Source of the DNA: Candidatus Gottesmanbacteria bacterium
Lineage (GTDB): Bacteria; Patescibacteriota; Microgenomatia; UBA10105; UBA927
Direction of reading: 5' to 3'
Assembly (NCBI GenBank): GCA_963711735.1
Contig: CAVQFA010000003.1
Coordinates: 146,971-210,970 of the forward strand
DNA length: 64,000 nt
Positions 31,581-41,695 of the stretch are shown one piece after another. The notes below the pieces were generated by a model. That model saw nothing but the letters and a program-made list of their open reading frames with translations. It was not told the DNA's origin and did not search any database. Every line of letters begins with the position of its first letter. Position 1 is the stretch's first letter. The position numbers were made by a program, and so were the translations under genes.

Positions 31581-32627
31581 ATGGTAGACATTATTTCATA
31601 CGGGACATATATTCCGAAATACCGGATCCGTACCGCGGATATTGCCGATGTTTGGAAAAAAAACGCGGACGAAATCATACACTCACTGGGAATAAAAGAG
31701 AAAAGTGTTCCGGCTATAGATGAGGATGCGGTGACAATAGCCATAGAGGCGGCTCTTGGGTGTTTCCGTGTGCAGAAAACCGGCAAACCGTCTGATACAG
31801 GAGCGTTGTTTGTCGGTTCTGAAAGTCATCCGTATGCCGTAAATCCCACCTCTACGATCGTAGGGGATTTTTTGGGTATCGGAAACAATTACCTCGCTGC
31901 GGATTTGGAGTTTGCGTGCAAAGCAGGAAGCGCCGGAATGCAGGCACTTGCCGGGCTTATCGCGTCCGGCCAATACGCGTTTGGTTTGGCAATCGGCGCA
32001 GATACCGCACAGGGAAGACCTCATGATGTTTTGGAATACACCTCAGCAGCGGCAGGTGCAGCGTTTCTTCTCGGAAAAACTGATGGTATAGCCCGATTAG
32101 TGGGATATACATCCTATTCCTCCGATACACCGGATTTCTGGCGCCGCGACGGTATCAGGTATCCAAGCCACGCCGGACGGTTTACAGGAGAGCCTGCATA
32201 TTTCACCCATGTGGTCGGTGCAGCAAGGCAATTGTTTGAAAGAGAGCACATTCAACCGGAAAAAGTGGATTACTGCGTGTTTCATATGCCCAACGGAAAG
32301 TTTCCCCGTGATGTAGCAAAGCGGCTCGGATTTACCCCGAAACAGTTAGCACCGTCCCTGACAGTTGATGCAATCGGCAACCCGTATTCTGCGTCATCGC
32401 TTTTGGGACTTGCCGCACTTTTGGATGTTGTCGAACCGAATAAAACGATCTTTATGGTGTCATACGGATCGGGAGCAGGCAGCGACGCGTTTTTATGGAA
32501 AACAACCAACCGGATACGCGATATACAAAGAAACAGAAAACACGAAAGATGTACCGTACATGATCAGACGGAAAACGAGTCGTATATCAACTACACGGAA
32601 TATTTAAAGAAAACAAATAAAATATGA
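31581..32627 (+). CDS. HMG-CoA synthase (archaeal type)
   Basis: VGSESHPYAV.P, DLEFACKAG, HMPNGKFP, SYGSGAGSD. Confidence 0.93.
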   Translation: MVDIISYGTYIPKYRIRTADIADVWKKNADEIIHSLGIKEKSVPAIDEDAVTIAIEAALGCFRVQKTGKPSDTGALFVGSESHPYAVNPTSTIVGDFLGIGNNYLAADLEFACKAGSAGMQALAGLIASGQYAFGLAIGADTAQGRPHDVLEYTSAAAGAAFLLGKTDGIARLVGYTSYSSDTPDFWRRDGIRYPSHAGRFTGEPAYFTHVVGAARQLFEREHIQPEKVDYCVFHMPNGKFPRDVAKRLGFTPKQLAPSLTVDAIGNPYSASSLLGLAALLDVVEPNKTIFMVSYGSGAGSDAFLWKTTNRIRDIQRNRKHERCTVHDQTENESYINYTEYLKKTNKI

Positions 32628-33775
32628 CAATTTCAATCATAGGCGCTGCAACGACAAAATTCGGAGAACTCTGGGACACGTCTCCCCGTACCCTTGCCGG
32701 GCGCGCGGCAATAGGTGCAATAGAAAACGCAGGTATCACGAGGAAAGACATTGACGGGTTGTTTGTTGGTAACATGCTGTCGGGCATTCTCGGCGGCCAG
32801 GAACACCTGGGAGCGTTTTTTTCTGAAGAACTTGGTCTGGGTGTGCCGGCATGTAAAGTAGAGGGAGCATGTGCATCCGGCGGACTTGCGGTTCATGCTG
32901 CGTATATAGCTGTTGCATCCGGTGAGTATGACACGGTACTGGTTCTCGGAATAGAAAAAATGACGGATTATAAACCGGAAGAAGTGGCAACTGCGCTTAT
33001 GGGGGCAGGGAGCGACGATGAAAGGATGGCAGGGGCAACGTTTCCGGGTTTATATGCGATAATGGCCCGCTCGCATATGGACATGTACGGAACCACACCC
33101 GAAGATCTGGCATCGGTTGCCGTTAAAAATCATTTTCATGCAAGTTTCAATCCCAACGCCCAGTTTCACGCGCTTTTAACCGTTGAACAAGTGCTTACGT
33201 CATCATGCGTTGCTGACCCTTTGAGGCTTCTGGATTGCTCTCCCATATCCGACGGTGCATCAGCAATCGTCATTACCTCCAAGGAGGGGAAAATAAGGAG
33301 AAAAGGAGCAATATCTATTGCCGCTTCGGTTGTGGCGACGGATTCGCTCGGACTGTTCGGACGGAAAAGTCTGACAGGGTTGTCTGCAACGGACAAAGCA
33401 GCCAAACATGCGTATGAAAAAGCAGGGATAGGGCCTAAAAACATTGATGTTGCAGAAGTGCATGATTGTTTTACCATCGCGGAAATTTTTGCTATGGAAG
33501 ATTTAGGAATATATAAAAAAGGAGATGCAGCCGGACGTATAAGCAGGGGAGAAACGAAACTTGATGTTTCCAAACATCTCGTCGTAAACCCTTCAGGGGG
33601 GCTTAAAGGTTGCGGACATCCGGTAGGGGCAACGGGAGTTAAACAAATTGCGGAAATTGTCGAACAACTCCGTGGAAATGCAGGGAAACGGCAGGTAAGC
33701 GGAGCGCATATCGGTCTGACACATAATGTCGGAGGAAGCGGAGCGACGGCAGTCGTGCATATATTAAAAAAATAA
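32624..33775 (+). CDS. Acetyl-CoA acetyltransferase (archaeal-type thiolase)
   Basis: VEGACASGG, DCSPISDGA, EVHDCFT, GHPVGATG, HNVGG. Confidence 0.92.
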   Translation: MTISIIGAATTKFGELWDTSPRTLAGRAAIGAIENAGITRKDIDGLFVGNMLSGILGGQEHLGAFFSEELGLGVPACKVEGACASGGLAVHAAYIAVASGEYDTVLVLGIEKMTDYKPEEVATALMGAGSDDERMAGATFPGLYAIMARSHMDMYGTTPEDLASVAVKNHFHASFNPNAQFHALLTVEQVLTSSCVADPLRLLDCSPISDGASAIVITSKEGKIRRKGAISIAASVVATDSLGLFGRKSLTGLSATDKAAKHAYEKAGIGPKNIDVAEVHDCFTIAEIFAMEDLGIYKKGDAAGRISRGETKLDVSKHLVVNPSGGLKGCGHPVGATGVKQIAEIVEQLRGNAGKRQVSGAHIGLTHNVGGSGATAVVHILKK

Positions 33776-33802
33776 TTGGATTACGTTAAGTAACTTAATT
33801 GT

Positions 33803-34103
33803 ATGATGAGTCCTGTTAAACTTTGGAGAAATCAGAAAAAAACACGGAAACTGGTTGACAAAACCGGCACGGTTATATCCTGGACTATTGTGCGCGTACC
33901 GCCCAGCGGTTTTGTGTCACAGGCTCCCTATGTTGTAGCGGTTCTTGAGCTTAACCGACACAAGCCGCATTATGTGCCAGCTTGCAGACTGCAGTGAAAA
34001 TGATGTGAAAACAGGACAGACATGCAGACTTGTAATCAGGAAAATCGGCGAACAGGGGACAGACGGGATTATACAGTACGGGATAAAAGCGAAGATTATA
34101 TGA
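33803..34103 (+). pseudogene. DUF35-type OB-fold thiolase partner, 1-nt frameshift at ~33953
   Basis: GTVISWTIVRVPPSGF..APYVVAVLEL continues in another frame as TSRIMCQLAD...VIRKI...GIIQYGIKAKII; its stop overlaps the idi ATG. Confidence 0.8.
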
Positions 34104-34657
34104 ATACGAACAGAAACGTGATAGTTGTAGACAATAACGATACTCAAATCGGAGAACTCGGTATTATAAAAGCCCATACAGGAGGCGGCACGCTTCATCG
34201 GGCTTTATCAGTTCTGTGCTTTCGGGAATCATCAGGGGGTCCTGAGATATTGCTTCAGAAACGGAGCAAGACAAAAACGCTTTGGGGTGGATTCTGGACC
34301 AACACCATTTGTACGCACCCGGCACCACATGAAACAACGGGAAGTGCGGGAGCAAGAAGACTGAAAGAGGAAATGGGGATTGATATTTCCGAAAAAAAAC
34401 TCACCTTTCTTTACTCGTTTGTCTACCGAGCGCAATACACAAAAACACTCAGTGAACACGAGTACGATCATATTTTTGCAGCTAAATGGAATGGGGCATG
34501 TGTGATGAATCCCAAAGAGGCAGATGACGCAAAATGGTCATCTTTGTCACGTCTCAGGAAAGATATGCATGGCAATCCTCATGTATATACTCCATGGTTT
34601 CATTTAATTATGAACGACAAGCGGACAGTACGGTATTTTGACAATATAACGGCATAA
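34100..34657 (+). CDS. idi: Type 1 isopentenyl-diphosphate delta-isomerase
   Basis: LHRALSV, LLQKRS, WTNTICTHP, RRLKEEMGI, EHEYDH, YTPWF. Confidence 0.93.
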   Translation: MNTNRNVIVVDNNDTQIGELGIIKAHTGGGTLHRALSVLCFRESSGGPEILLQKRSKTKTLWGGFWTNTICTHPAPHETTGSAGARRLKEEMGIDISEKKLTFLYSFVYRAQYTKTLSEHEYDHIFAAKWNGACVMNPKEADDAKWSSLSRLRKDMHGNPHVYTPWFHLIMNDKRTVRYFDNITA

Positions 34658-34660
34658 CAA

Positions 34661-35362
34661 ATGACAACAAACACTAAACCCACGCATATCGCAATTATTA
34701 TGGACGGAAACCGGCGGTGGGCAAAAGCACACAATCTTCCGCCGATTGCCGGACATAAAAAAGTGGCAGATGATATGCTGGAACCTCTCATAGAACACGC
34801 TGCAAAAATAGGAATTAAGTATGTTACTCTCTGGGCATTTTCTACGGAGAACTGGCAGAGGGAACCGGCAGAAGTGCAGGGCATCATGGGGATATTGCGT
34901 AAATCCCTGAAAACATTCGGAGAGAGAATGCATAAAAAAGGAATACGGATACTGACAATAGGAGATCTGTCGCGTTTTGATACGGACATCCAAAAAACTA
35001 TTGCTGATCTGAAAAATCTGACCTGCAATAATAAAAAAATAACGGTTGTTTTTGCGCTCAACTACGGTGGCAGGGACGAAATTATCCGGGCAGCTCAAAA
35101 ATTCAATGACCTGCAATCGGCAACGCGCAACTTACAACTTACCTCTAATACATTTAGTGATTTTCTCGACACTAAAGGAATTCCTGATCCCGAGCTTATT
35201 GTAAGAACCGGCGGTGAGATGAGACTCAGCGGGTTTCTGCTCTGGCAATGCCAGTATAGCGAGTTATATTTTCCTTCCTGGTATATGCCGGAGTTCACAC
35301 CCGTTCGGCTGGATGAGGCAATTCATGAATATGAGCGCCGGACGCGGAGATTCGGGGCTTAA
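34661..35362 (+). CDS. uppS: Undecaprenyl diphosphate synthase
   Basis: HIAIIMDGNRRWA, AFSTENWQR, LNYGGRDEI, RTGGEMRLSGFLLWQ. Confidence 0.96.
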   Translation: MTTNTKPTHIAIIMDGNRRWAKAHNLPPIAGHKKVADDMLEPLIEHAAKIGIKYVTLWAFSTENWQREPAEVQGIMGILRKSLKTFGERMHKKGIRILTIGDLSRFDTDIQKTIADLKNLTCNNKKITVVFALNYGGRDEIIRAAQKFNDLQSATRNLQLTSNTFSDFLDTKGIPDPELIVRTGGEMRLSGFLLWQCQYSELYFPSWYMPEFTPVRLDEAIHEYERRTRRFGA

Positions 35363-35365
35363 TTC

Positions 35366-35740
35366 TTACGGAGTACCGGGAAACGTTTCCTGTATCGGTG
35401 TAAATCCAAGTATTGTTCCTGCAATCTGGACGATCCAGTATGCTGCGAAAATAAGGAAAAATCCCAAAAGCGCGTTTGTCAGACGCTGTTTGCCCGATTC
35501 CATTTTTTTAGCATCACCCGCAGCGGTAAGGAACGTGAACCCCGCGCTTATGAACATAAGAAGAACCCCGATTCCTGCTGCCGCAAATATATACGGCAGG
35601 GTCATATAAACAATATCACCGATGTGTTTGCCTCCGAATTTAGATGCGAACCCGGACATTTCGTTGGGATAGGGAACATCGGTATGTGTGCCGGGTGTAG
35701 GTCCGGGTAAATGTAATGCCTGTGCGAGCGTGTGATGCAT
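35366..35740 (-). CDS. VirB2/TrbC-like pilin
   Basis: AGFTFLTAAGDAKKMESGKQRLTNALLGF. Confidence 0.85.
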   Translation of the reverse strand: MHHTLAQALHLPGPTPGTHTDVPYPNEMSGFASKFGGKHIGDIVYMTLPYIFAAAGIGVLLMFISAGFTFLTAAGDAKKMESGKQRLTNALLGFFLIFAAYWIVQIAGTILGFTPIQETFPGTP

Positions 35741-35744
35741 ATAA

Positions 35745-36592
35745 TTATCCGAATCCCGGTATGCCCAGGATGTCTAAACCAATAAGCCTCAGGATAAACA
35801 GAGAGAAGATAATAAGGATAAGTCCTGTGATAGCTGAGCCCACAAGTTCTTTGCCGGCATTGAGCTGTTCAGGATTACCGGCACTTGTCATAATCTGAAA
35901 CCCGCCAAGTATGATAAGAAGGAACGCAATTCCACCGCCAATCCCTATACCAAAGACGAGAAGCCTTCCGATAAATGCTGCCGGTGTTGTTTCGATACAT
36001 CCGATTGCCGTCCAGGAACCGTGTTTGTTAGTTCAAGCAATCGTAGCATTGCTGCGAGGACTGCCTGAACCAAGTATGACCCCGGGATATAATCGCAGAG
36101 CTGTTGTTACGCTCCCAGGTAAGGCGTACGGAATAATTGGAAGGATCAATGCATGTTTTATTAAAACACGAGCCGGCACTTCCCCCTTCACATACTAATG
36201 GGGATGTACAATCCGAATTATCATCGCAACAGACTATAGGAAGCGTGTCTCCGTCACCAGGATCGGGAACCGGTATAGTTACCTCTAATGTAGGATACGC
36301 TGTTGGGGTAACCTGATTGGCGAGTACACAAGGAAAATATAAATTTCCGACATCACCGATACAGTTCATCGGGCAACTCTCAACAGTCGGTATTTTGGCA
36401 ATCAGCCGGATTTGGTGCATACCCGGAAGCGCAGGTGTTATTGCTTGCTGCAACACAGGATGAACCCGTTGTGAGATAGAGCGTTTCGCAACAGAAAGTG
36501 TTGTCCGGAGGGGCGGCAAACGCATTGTTCACAAAAATAAACCCGGTCAGAAAAATGACGACAATAAATAGAGCAAAACGGATATATTTCAT
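35745..36592 (-). pseudogene. Pilin with Cys-rich N-terminal extension, frameshifted
   Basis: Signal peptide and Cys-rich ORFs (36380-36592, 36028-36525), then an ATG-less frame WTAIGCI...GGFQIMTSAGNPEQLNAGKELVGSAITGL ending at 35745. Confidence 0.7.
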
Positions 36593-36671
36593 AAGGTATG
36601 TACGTCAAGTTATGTTTCAAGTGTATCAAAGGGATGATGGAAAAGGAAGATCTGGTAGAATAGGAGATACG

Positions 36672-38417
36672 ATGAAGAATAAAATATCCGGTTTGCGAAA
36701 CATCATATTTGTAATGAAGAATATTTGTCTTGTTATATTCACCGTAATTTTTACAACATACCTTCTTCGACATGCAACTATAGTCTACGCGCAGTCCTGT
36801 GATTCTTCCTGCGCGTCAACTGATGAGTGCCGCGATAAAATTGCCAAGTGCCAGGAGGCATGGAACATGATGGAGGCTGCCAAAAAGCCACACATCGACA
36901 CGCTCCGGAAAATGGAATCGGATATCGCAGCATTTCAGGCGCGCATAAAGATAATCGAAGCAGATCTTGTGAAAAAGTCTCAGGCTATCGCATCCGGCGA
37001 GGAAGAGCTGGGTGAGTACCTCGATCTTGCCGACCGGAGAATCCGCCGTTTTTACAAGCGTCACGCGATGTTTGATGTTCTCACACCGTTTTTATCCTCC
37101 TCCAATGTTGGTTTAGCCTTACGGATGCTCGGGTACCAGCAGGCAGTGACCAACGTCGATAAACAGTCAATTACGAAAACCGCCATCTCCGTACGGGATT
37201 TGGAAGAAAAAAAGTCTAGTCTTGAGCGGGAAAAAGAATCCCTTGCGTATATTAAAACGGAAACAGATAAGCGTGCCGTAAGTGTCCGGAAACTTGTCGG
37301 AGAAGCGGAAAGTTACCAGGGTCAGCTTACCGGCATCATTGCGAGTTTAACCGCCCAACAGACAGCAATCCTCTCCGCCAGATCCGGTGTGTTTACAACG
37401 AGTGTCGGTGATGTACCCCTCGCTGACGATCCCAACGCCAGCCCTTCGTACAATCCCGGATTTAGCCCGGCATTCGGAGGATTTTCCTTCGGAGCGTATA
37501 CGCACAAAAAAGGCATGAGTCAGTACGGGGCAAAAGGAAGGGCTCAATCCGGTCAAAATGCACGTGACATACTCAGGGCGTATTACGGTAAGGAGCCGGT
37601 TGGGAAAGACACCGGCGGGGATATATCCGTTTCCGGGTATGGCAACATGAATTTTGAAGACAGGTATCTTATGGGTATTGCGGAAATGCCGTCGGATTTC
37701 CCGAAAGAAGCACTCAAAGCACAGGCAATTGCCGCACGGTCATATGCATGGCGGTATAAAACAGGCGGACAGACGATCTGCACTACACAGGCATGCCAGG
37801 TATACAACGACGGTAAGGCAAACAACCCGCCCGGACCGTGGCGGGAGGCAGTGCAGGAAACGAAAGGGCAGATCATCGAAGACGTTGTTGCGTACTACTC
37901 GTCCACAACCGGCGGGTACCTCACGACGATGGGGTGGGATACGAAATGCGGTAATCAGGGATGCTGGACAGGGGATGCATACGAAAAAATTGCCAACTCA
38001 CCATGGTTTTATAAAGGCTGGTATACGGCAGACTATTACAACTCTTCCGGCAAATGCGGCAAAAGCCACCCATGGCTCTCACAGGAGGAATTTGCCGATA
38101 TCCTCAACGCCTGGCAGGTGAGGAAAAACGGAGGAGATTCGAGCCGTATCCTGCCAATTACGATCAACGAGTGTTCGATAAACGGCGCAACAGGCAATCC
38201 GTATTCTATGAGCGAACTTCGGAATATGGGAGGGTTCACGGGTGTGTCGGGTGTTTCTGTAACGTATAACTCTGGTGGCTATACCGACACGGTTACGATT
38301 CAGACAAACAAAGGATCAGTTTCCATTCCCGGAGGCGAGTTTAAAGAAGCGTTCAATTTACGTGCTCCGGGTTATATATCCATCCGTAGTTCTTTGTATA
38401 ATATCGAGAAAAAGTAG
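36672..38417 (+). CDS. SpoIID/LytB-domain protein with N-terminal coiled coil
   Basis: YLMGIAEMP, EALKAQAIAARSYA, ICTTQACQVY, YYSSTTGG; AGGAG before ATG 36672. Confidence 0.88.
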   Translation: MKNKISGLRNIIFVMKNICLVIFTVIFTTYLLRHATIVYAQSCDSSCASTDECRDKIAKCQEAWNMMEAAKKPHIDTLRKMESDIAAFQARIKIIEADLVKKSQAIASGEEELGEYLDLADRRIRRFYKRHAMFDVLTPFLSSSNVGLALRMLGYQQAVTNVDKQSITKTAISVRDLEEKKSSLEREKESLAYIKTETDKRAVSVRKLVGEAESYQGQLTGIIASLTAQQTAILSARSGVFTTSVGDVPLADDPNASPSYNPGFSPAFGGFSFGAYTHKKGMSQYGAKGRAQSGQNARDILRAYYGKEPVGKDTGGDISVSGYGNMNFEDRYLMGIAEMPSDFPKEALKAQAIAARSYAWRYKTGGQTICTTQACQVYNDGKANNPPGPWREAVQETKGQIIEDVVAYYSSTTGGYLTTMGWDTKCGNQGCWTGDAYEKIANSPWFYKGWYTADYYNSSGKCGKSHPWLSQEEFADILNAWQVRKNGGDSSRILPITINECSINGATGNPYSMSELRNMGGFTGVSGVSVTYNSGGYTDTVTIQTNKGSVSIPGGEFKEAFNLRAPGYISIRSSLYNIEKK

Positions 38418-38435
38418 TACAATAAAGCCGTTTGT

Positions 38436-39041
38436 ATGGCGCAAAACACGAATCCAATCAAAACAAAAGTAAGCCACCACACAATGCAACCGCTTGCATC
38501 CTACGCATTTCAGCCGGGCGGTATCCGCTTTGAAACGCAGGAAGCTGAGGAAACTGTTGAATTGTTTTTACGTCAGCATCCGATTGTCAATATCCCGTGG
38601 ATACTTGTTTCAGTGCTTCTTCTTGCCGCTCCCATTCTTCTCTTTCCGACACTCTTTATTGTTTTAAAAATTCCCGTTCCTCCCGGGCATATGATCGTTG
38701 CTATGGTGTTTTGGTATGTAGCAACATTTGGATTTATTCTTACCAATTTCCTCCATTGGTTTTTTAACATCTATATTGTGACAAACGAACGGATCGTTGA
38801 TATAGATTTTTTATACCTTCTCTATAAACACTCGACAGTTGCAGAACTTGCAAAAATTCAGGATATTTCATATACAGCCAGCGGAATTTTAGCTACAGTG
38901 TTTAACTATGGCAACGTAATGGTTGAAACCGCAGGAGAAATTCCAAGTATCGATTTTGAAGCAGTCCCGCACCCGGATAAGGTGGTAGAAACCATCCGTT
39001 CGCTTGCGGAAGCTGCCGGCTACCTTAAACATGATGTCTGA
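38436..39041 (+). CDS. Membrane protein with bacterial PH domain
   Basis: LRQHP, 2 TM helices, YIVTNERIVD, FNYGNVMVETAG. Confidence 0.8.
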   Translation: MAQNTNPIKTKVSHHTMQPLASYAFQPGGIRFETQEAEETVELFLRQHPIVNIPWILVSVLLLAAPILLFPTLFIVLKIPVPPGHMIVAMVFWYVATFGFILTNFLHWFFNIYIVTNERIVDIDFLYLLYKHSTVAELAKIQDISYTASGILATVFNYGNVMVETAGEIPSIDFEAVPHPDKVVETIRSLAEAAGYLKHDV

Positions 39042-39249
39042 TTTAGTGCCATCGGCATTTCTTTTGTTAAAAATCGGAGTTATCATCGGGCTTACATTGT
39101 ATGCAGCATTTGCGTGGATCATTGTCCGGCAGGAAATGCTTATGGCAAACGTGCTCGAAGAGGGGTTTGAACCGATTCTCAGGATGCTCGCACTTATTCA
39201 CCTCGTTGCATCTGTGGGTGTCATATTCCTTGCATTTATTCTTCTGTAG
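39031..39249 (+). CDS. Small two-TM membrane protein (DUF5657-like)
   Basis: LYAAFAWIIVRQ..LM motif; overlaps the upstream stop. Confidence 0.65.
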   Translation: MMSDLVPSAFLLLKIGVIIGLTLYAAFAWIIVRQEMLMANVLEEGFEPILRMLALIHLVASVGVIFLAFILL

Positions 39250-39295
39250 CCTCATCGTTTTTTCAATTCTTCCCATATCCTGATATGATGGTGGT

Positions 39296-41131
39296 ATGAA
39301 GATCGTTTCCGACACCGCATCCGTTATCGGCAGCAGCAACCCTACTGTTTGGGGGCAGATACTCAACGGTAAGCACGGGCATGCAGTTGTTGAAGTGAGC
39401 GGTGAAGAACAGGAAGCGGCAAAACAGGGCATTACCCTTCTTGGTGAACTTGAAAAAATTCTGGCAAATCCCCAGCAAAATCCCGAAGATCTGAAAAAAA
39501 TTTCTGCCGATCTCCGTTATCCGCACGTGGTAACGATGATTCTTTGTATACCTGTCGGCAAAATCCTCTATATAACCCTTTCCGGTGAAGGTGGTGTGTA
39601 TCTCAAAAGAGGCAATAACGTAGCGGTTCTTCTCTCGGGTGAGGGGTTTATTTCAGGAGAAGTTCGGGAGAAAGATACGCTCATTCTTGCATCCAAAACT
39701 CTCTCCGCATACATAAAAGACTGCATAGCATCATTTGACCATCTGCCGGCTGAAGAGGCAGCAGAAAAACTCACGTACCTTATCAATTCACAACACGCTG
39801 AATGGTCAGGTGCAGCGCTTATTTATCAGGTTTCGTCGCTTGAAGAGGAACCTGTTGAAACAACGGAATTGCCGGAGGTAAAAGAACAGCCCATCCGGCG
39901 GAGAATTCCTGTATGGATGTCACGCAGGGTTGCCGTGCGTGTGTTTCATGATATCCGGAACGGCCGTATACCGTATAAAGAACGCATGAAGGAAGAAATA
40001 CGGACCATAACATCAAACAAGCGGAGAGTCCTTTCTGCTGTTTTTATATGTTGTGCTGTTATTTTTCTTCTGAGTGTAGTTCTTGGAATCAGGAAACAGG
40101 TAACGGACAAAGGGAACCGCGAAACGTCAGCAGTACTTACGGAAGCGCGGCACGCGTTTGAAGAAGGAGTCGCACTTCGTGACCTCAATACTATAAAAAG
40201 CAGGGAACGGTTCAAAGAAGCGCTGAAAGTACTTGACGCTGCAATAGCAAACAAGACTGTTCCGCCGAACCTCCGTCGTGAGGTAGACACTCTCAGACAA
40301 GACGTGGCAGATAACCTGTCCGTCGTATCAGCAGAGCGGAAGGTGACCCCGTCACTTTTTTTTGATGCGGAACTTTTGAAAAAAGGAGCGAGTGTGAAGA
40401 AAATCGCCAGGGTAAGCGATACGCTTATCATCCTTGACACAAGCGCGCGGACCGTCATAGCACTTTCCGTTGCCGACAAATCCGGTCGTATCATCGGCGG
40501 CGGGGAGTATGTACAGGGCACATCACTCATAACCGGGTATGACAACCGCGCATACCTTTTTTCTGACAACGGCATTTTTATACTGCCGTTTGAAGGAAAA
40601 GCAGATAAAAAACCCGTTATTGCCAAAAACGAAGGATGGGGGAAGATAGCGGCAATGAGTGCATTTGCCGGAAATCTGTATCTTCTGGACTCGGGAAAAA
40701 ACAGGATATGGAAATATATGGCTGTCGAAAGCGGAGGATTTAGTGATATGCGGGAGTATCTCCGTCCAGACACGCTTCCTGATTTTTCCGGCGCAACGGA
40801 CATGCAGATAAACGGATCTGTCTGGGTAAGCACAAGCACGCTGGGATTCTTGAGGTTTACGCAGGGGATGGAGGAGACGTTTGTGCCGACAGGGATTGAA
40901 GGACCGGAGCTTGGTAAAAACCTGTCCGTCTATACCAGCGACGACACCGAACGGGTATACGTGCTTGATAACGCCAACAAAAGAGTTGTGGTTTTCGGAA
41001 AAGACGGCATATACCAATCCCAATATGTATGGGAAGGAGAAATAAGCCCCACAGCGCTTGCGGTGTATGAGAAAGAAAAGATAATCCTTCTCGTTTCTGC
41101 GGGAAAAATCTATTCGTTTGCGTTACAATAG
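39296..41131 (+). CDS. Membrane protein: degenerate PP2C-like N-terminus, TM helix, C-terminal beta-propeller
   Basis: GEGGVYLKRG...ISG...DTLILAS; GNLYLLD, VYVLDNANKRVVVF repeats. Confidence 0.75.
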   Translation: MKIVSDTASVIGSSNPTVWGQILNGKHGHAVVEVSGEEQEAAKQGITLLGELEKILANPQQNPEDLKKISADLRYPHVVTMILCIPVGKILYITLSGEGGVYLKRGNNVAVLLSGEGFISGEVREKDTLILASKTLSAYIKDCIASFDHLPAEEAAEKLTYLINSQHAEWSGAALIYQVSSLEEEPVETTELPEVKEQPIRRRIPVWMSRRVAVRVFHDIRNGRIPYKERMKEEIRTITSNKRRVLSAVFICCAVIFLLSVVLGIRKQVTDKGNRETSAVLTEARHAFEEGVALRDLNTIKSRERFKEALKVLDAAIANKTVPPNLRREVDTLRQDVADNLSVVSAERKVTPSLFFDAELLKKGASVKKIARVSDTLIILDTSARTVIALSVADKSGRIIGGGEYVQGTSLITGYDNRAYLFSDNGIFILPFEGKADKKPVIAKNEGWGKIAAMSAFAGNLYLLDSGKNRIWKYMAVESGGFSDMREYLRPDTLPDFSGATDMQINGSVWVSTSTLGFLRFTQGMEETFVPTGIEGPELGKNLSVYTSDDTERVYVLDNANKRVVVFGKDGIYQSQYVWEGEISPTALAVYEKEKIILLVSAGKIYSFALQ

Positions 41132-41147
41132 CGGACATTCCGATGAT

Positions 41148-41591
41148 ATGAAAATAGTACACAAACGGGCTCTGTTTGACTATACGATTTCCGAAAGACT
41201 TGAAGCCGGCATCCAGCTTACCGGTGCTGAAGTTAAATCACTCGCCGGCGGACACGCAAGCCTCGAAGGATCATTTGTTCGGATTATGGGAACCGAAGCG
41301 TACCTCGTGAATGCCCAGATATTTCCCTACATTTATGCCCGTCCGGAGGGGTATGATCCTAAACGGACGAGGAAGCTTCTTGTCCATAAAAAACAGCTGT
41401 TGAGCCTGAAATCGAAGATTGAGGGCGCCAATTTGACCCTGGTACCCATTTCTTTATATAATAAAGGACCGAAATTCAAGCTCGAGATAGGTATAGGGAG
41501 AGGGAAAAAACAGTTTGAAAAGAGGGAAAAAAAGCGGAAAGAGGACCAGAAGAGGGAGCTCGAGAGGGATTTTCGGGGAAAGATAAAATAA
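41148..41591 (+). CDS. smpB: SsrA-binding protein
   Basis: EAGIQLTGAEVKS, PKRTRKLL, GRGKKQFEKRE; adjacent to tmRNA. Confidence 0.96.
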   Translation: MKIVHKRALFDYTISERLEAGIQLTGAEVKSLAGGHASLEGSFVRIMGTEAYLVNAQIFPYIYARPEGYDPKRTRKLLVHKKQLLSLKSKIEGANLTLVPISLYNKGPKFKLEIGIGRGKKQFEKREKKRKEDQKRELERDFRGKIK

Positions 41592-41695
41592 AGGTAGTCC
41601 TCCTGATCTTACCGTTCGCCTTAGTAGATTTCTACTGCGGCTCACGGAGCGATCCAAGGAGGACAAAAATCTAGCAATATTAACGATAGATTTTT

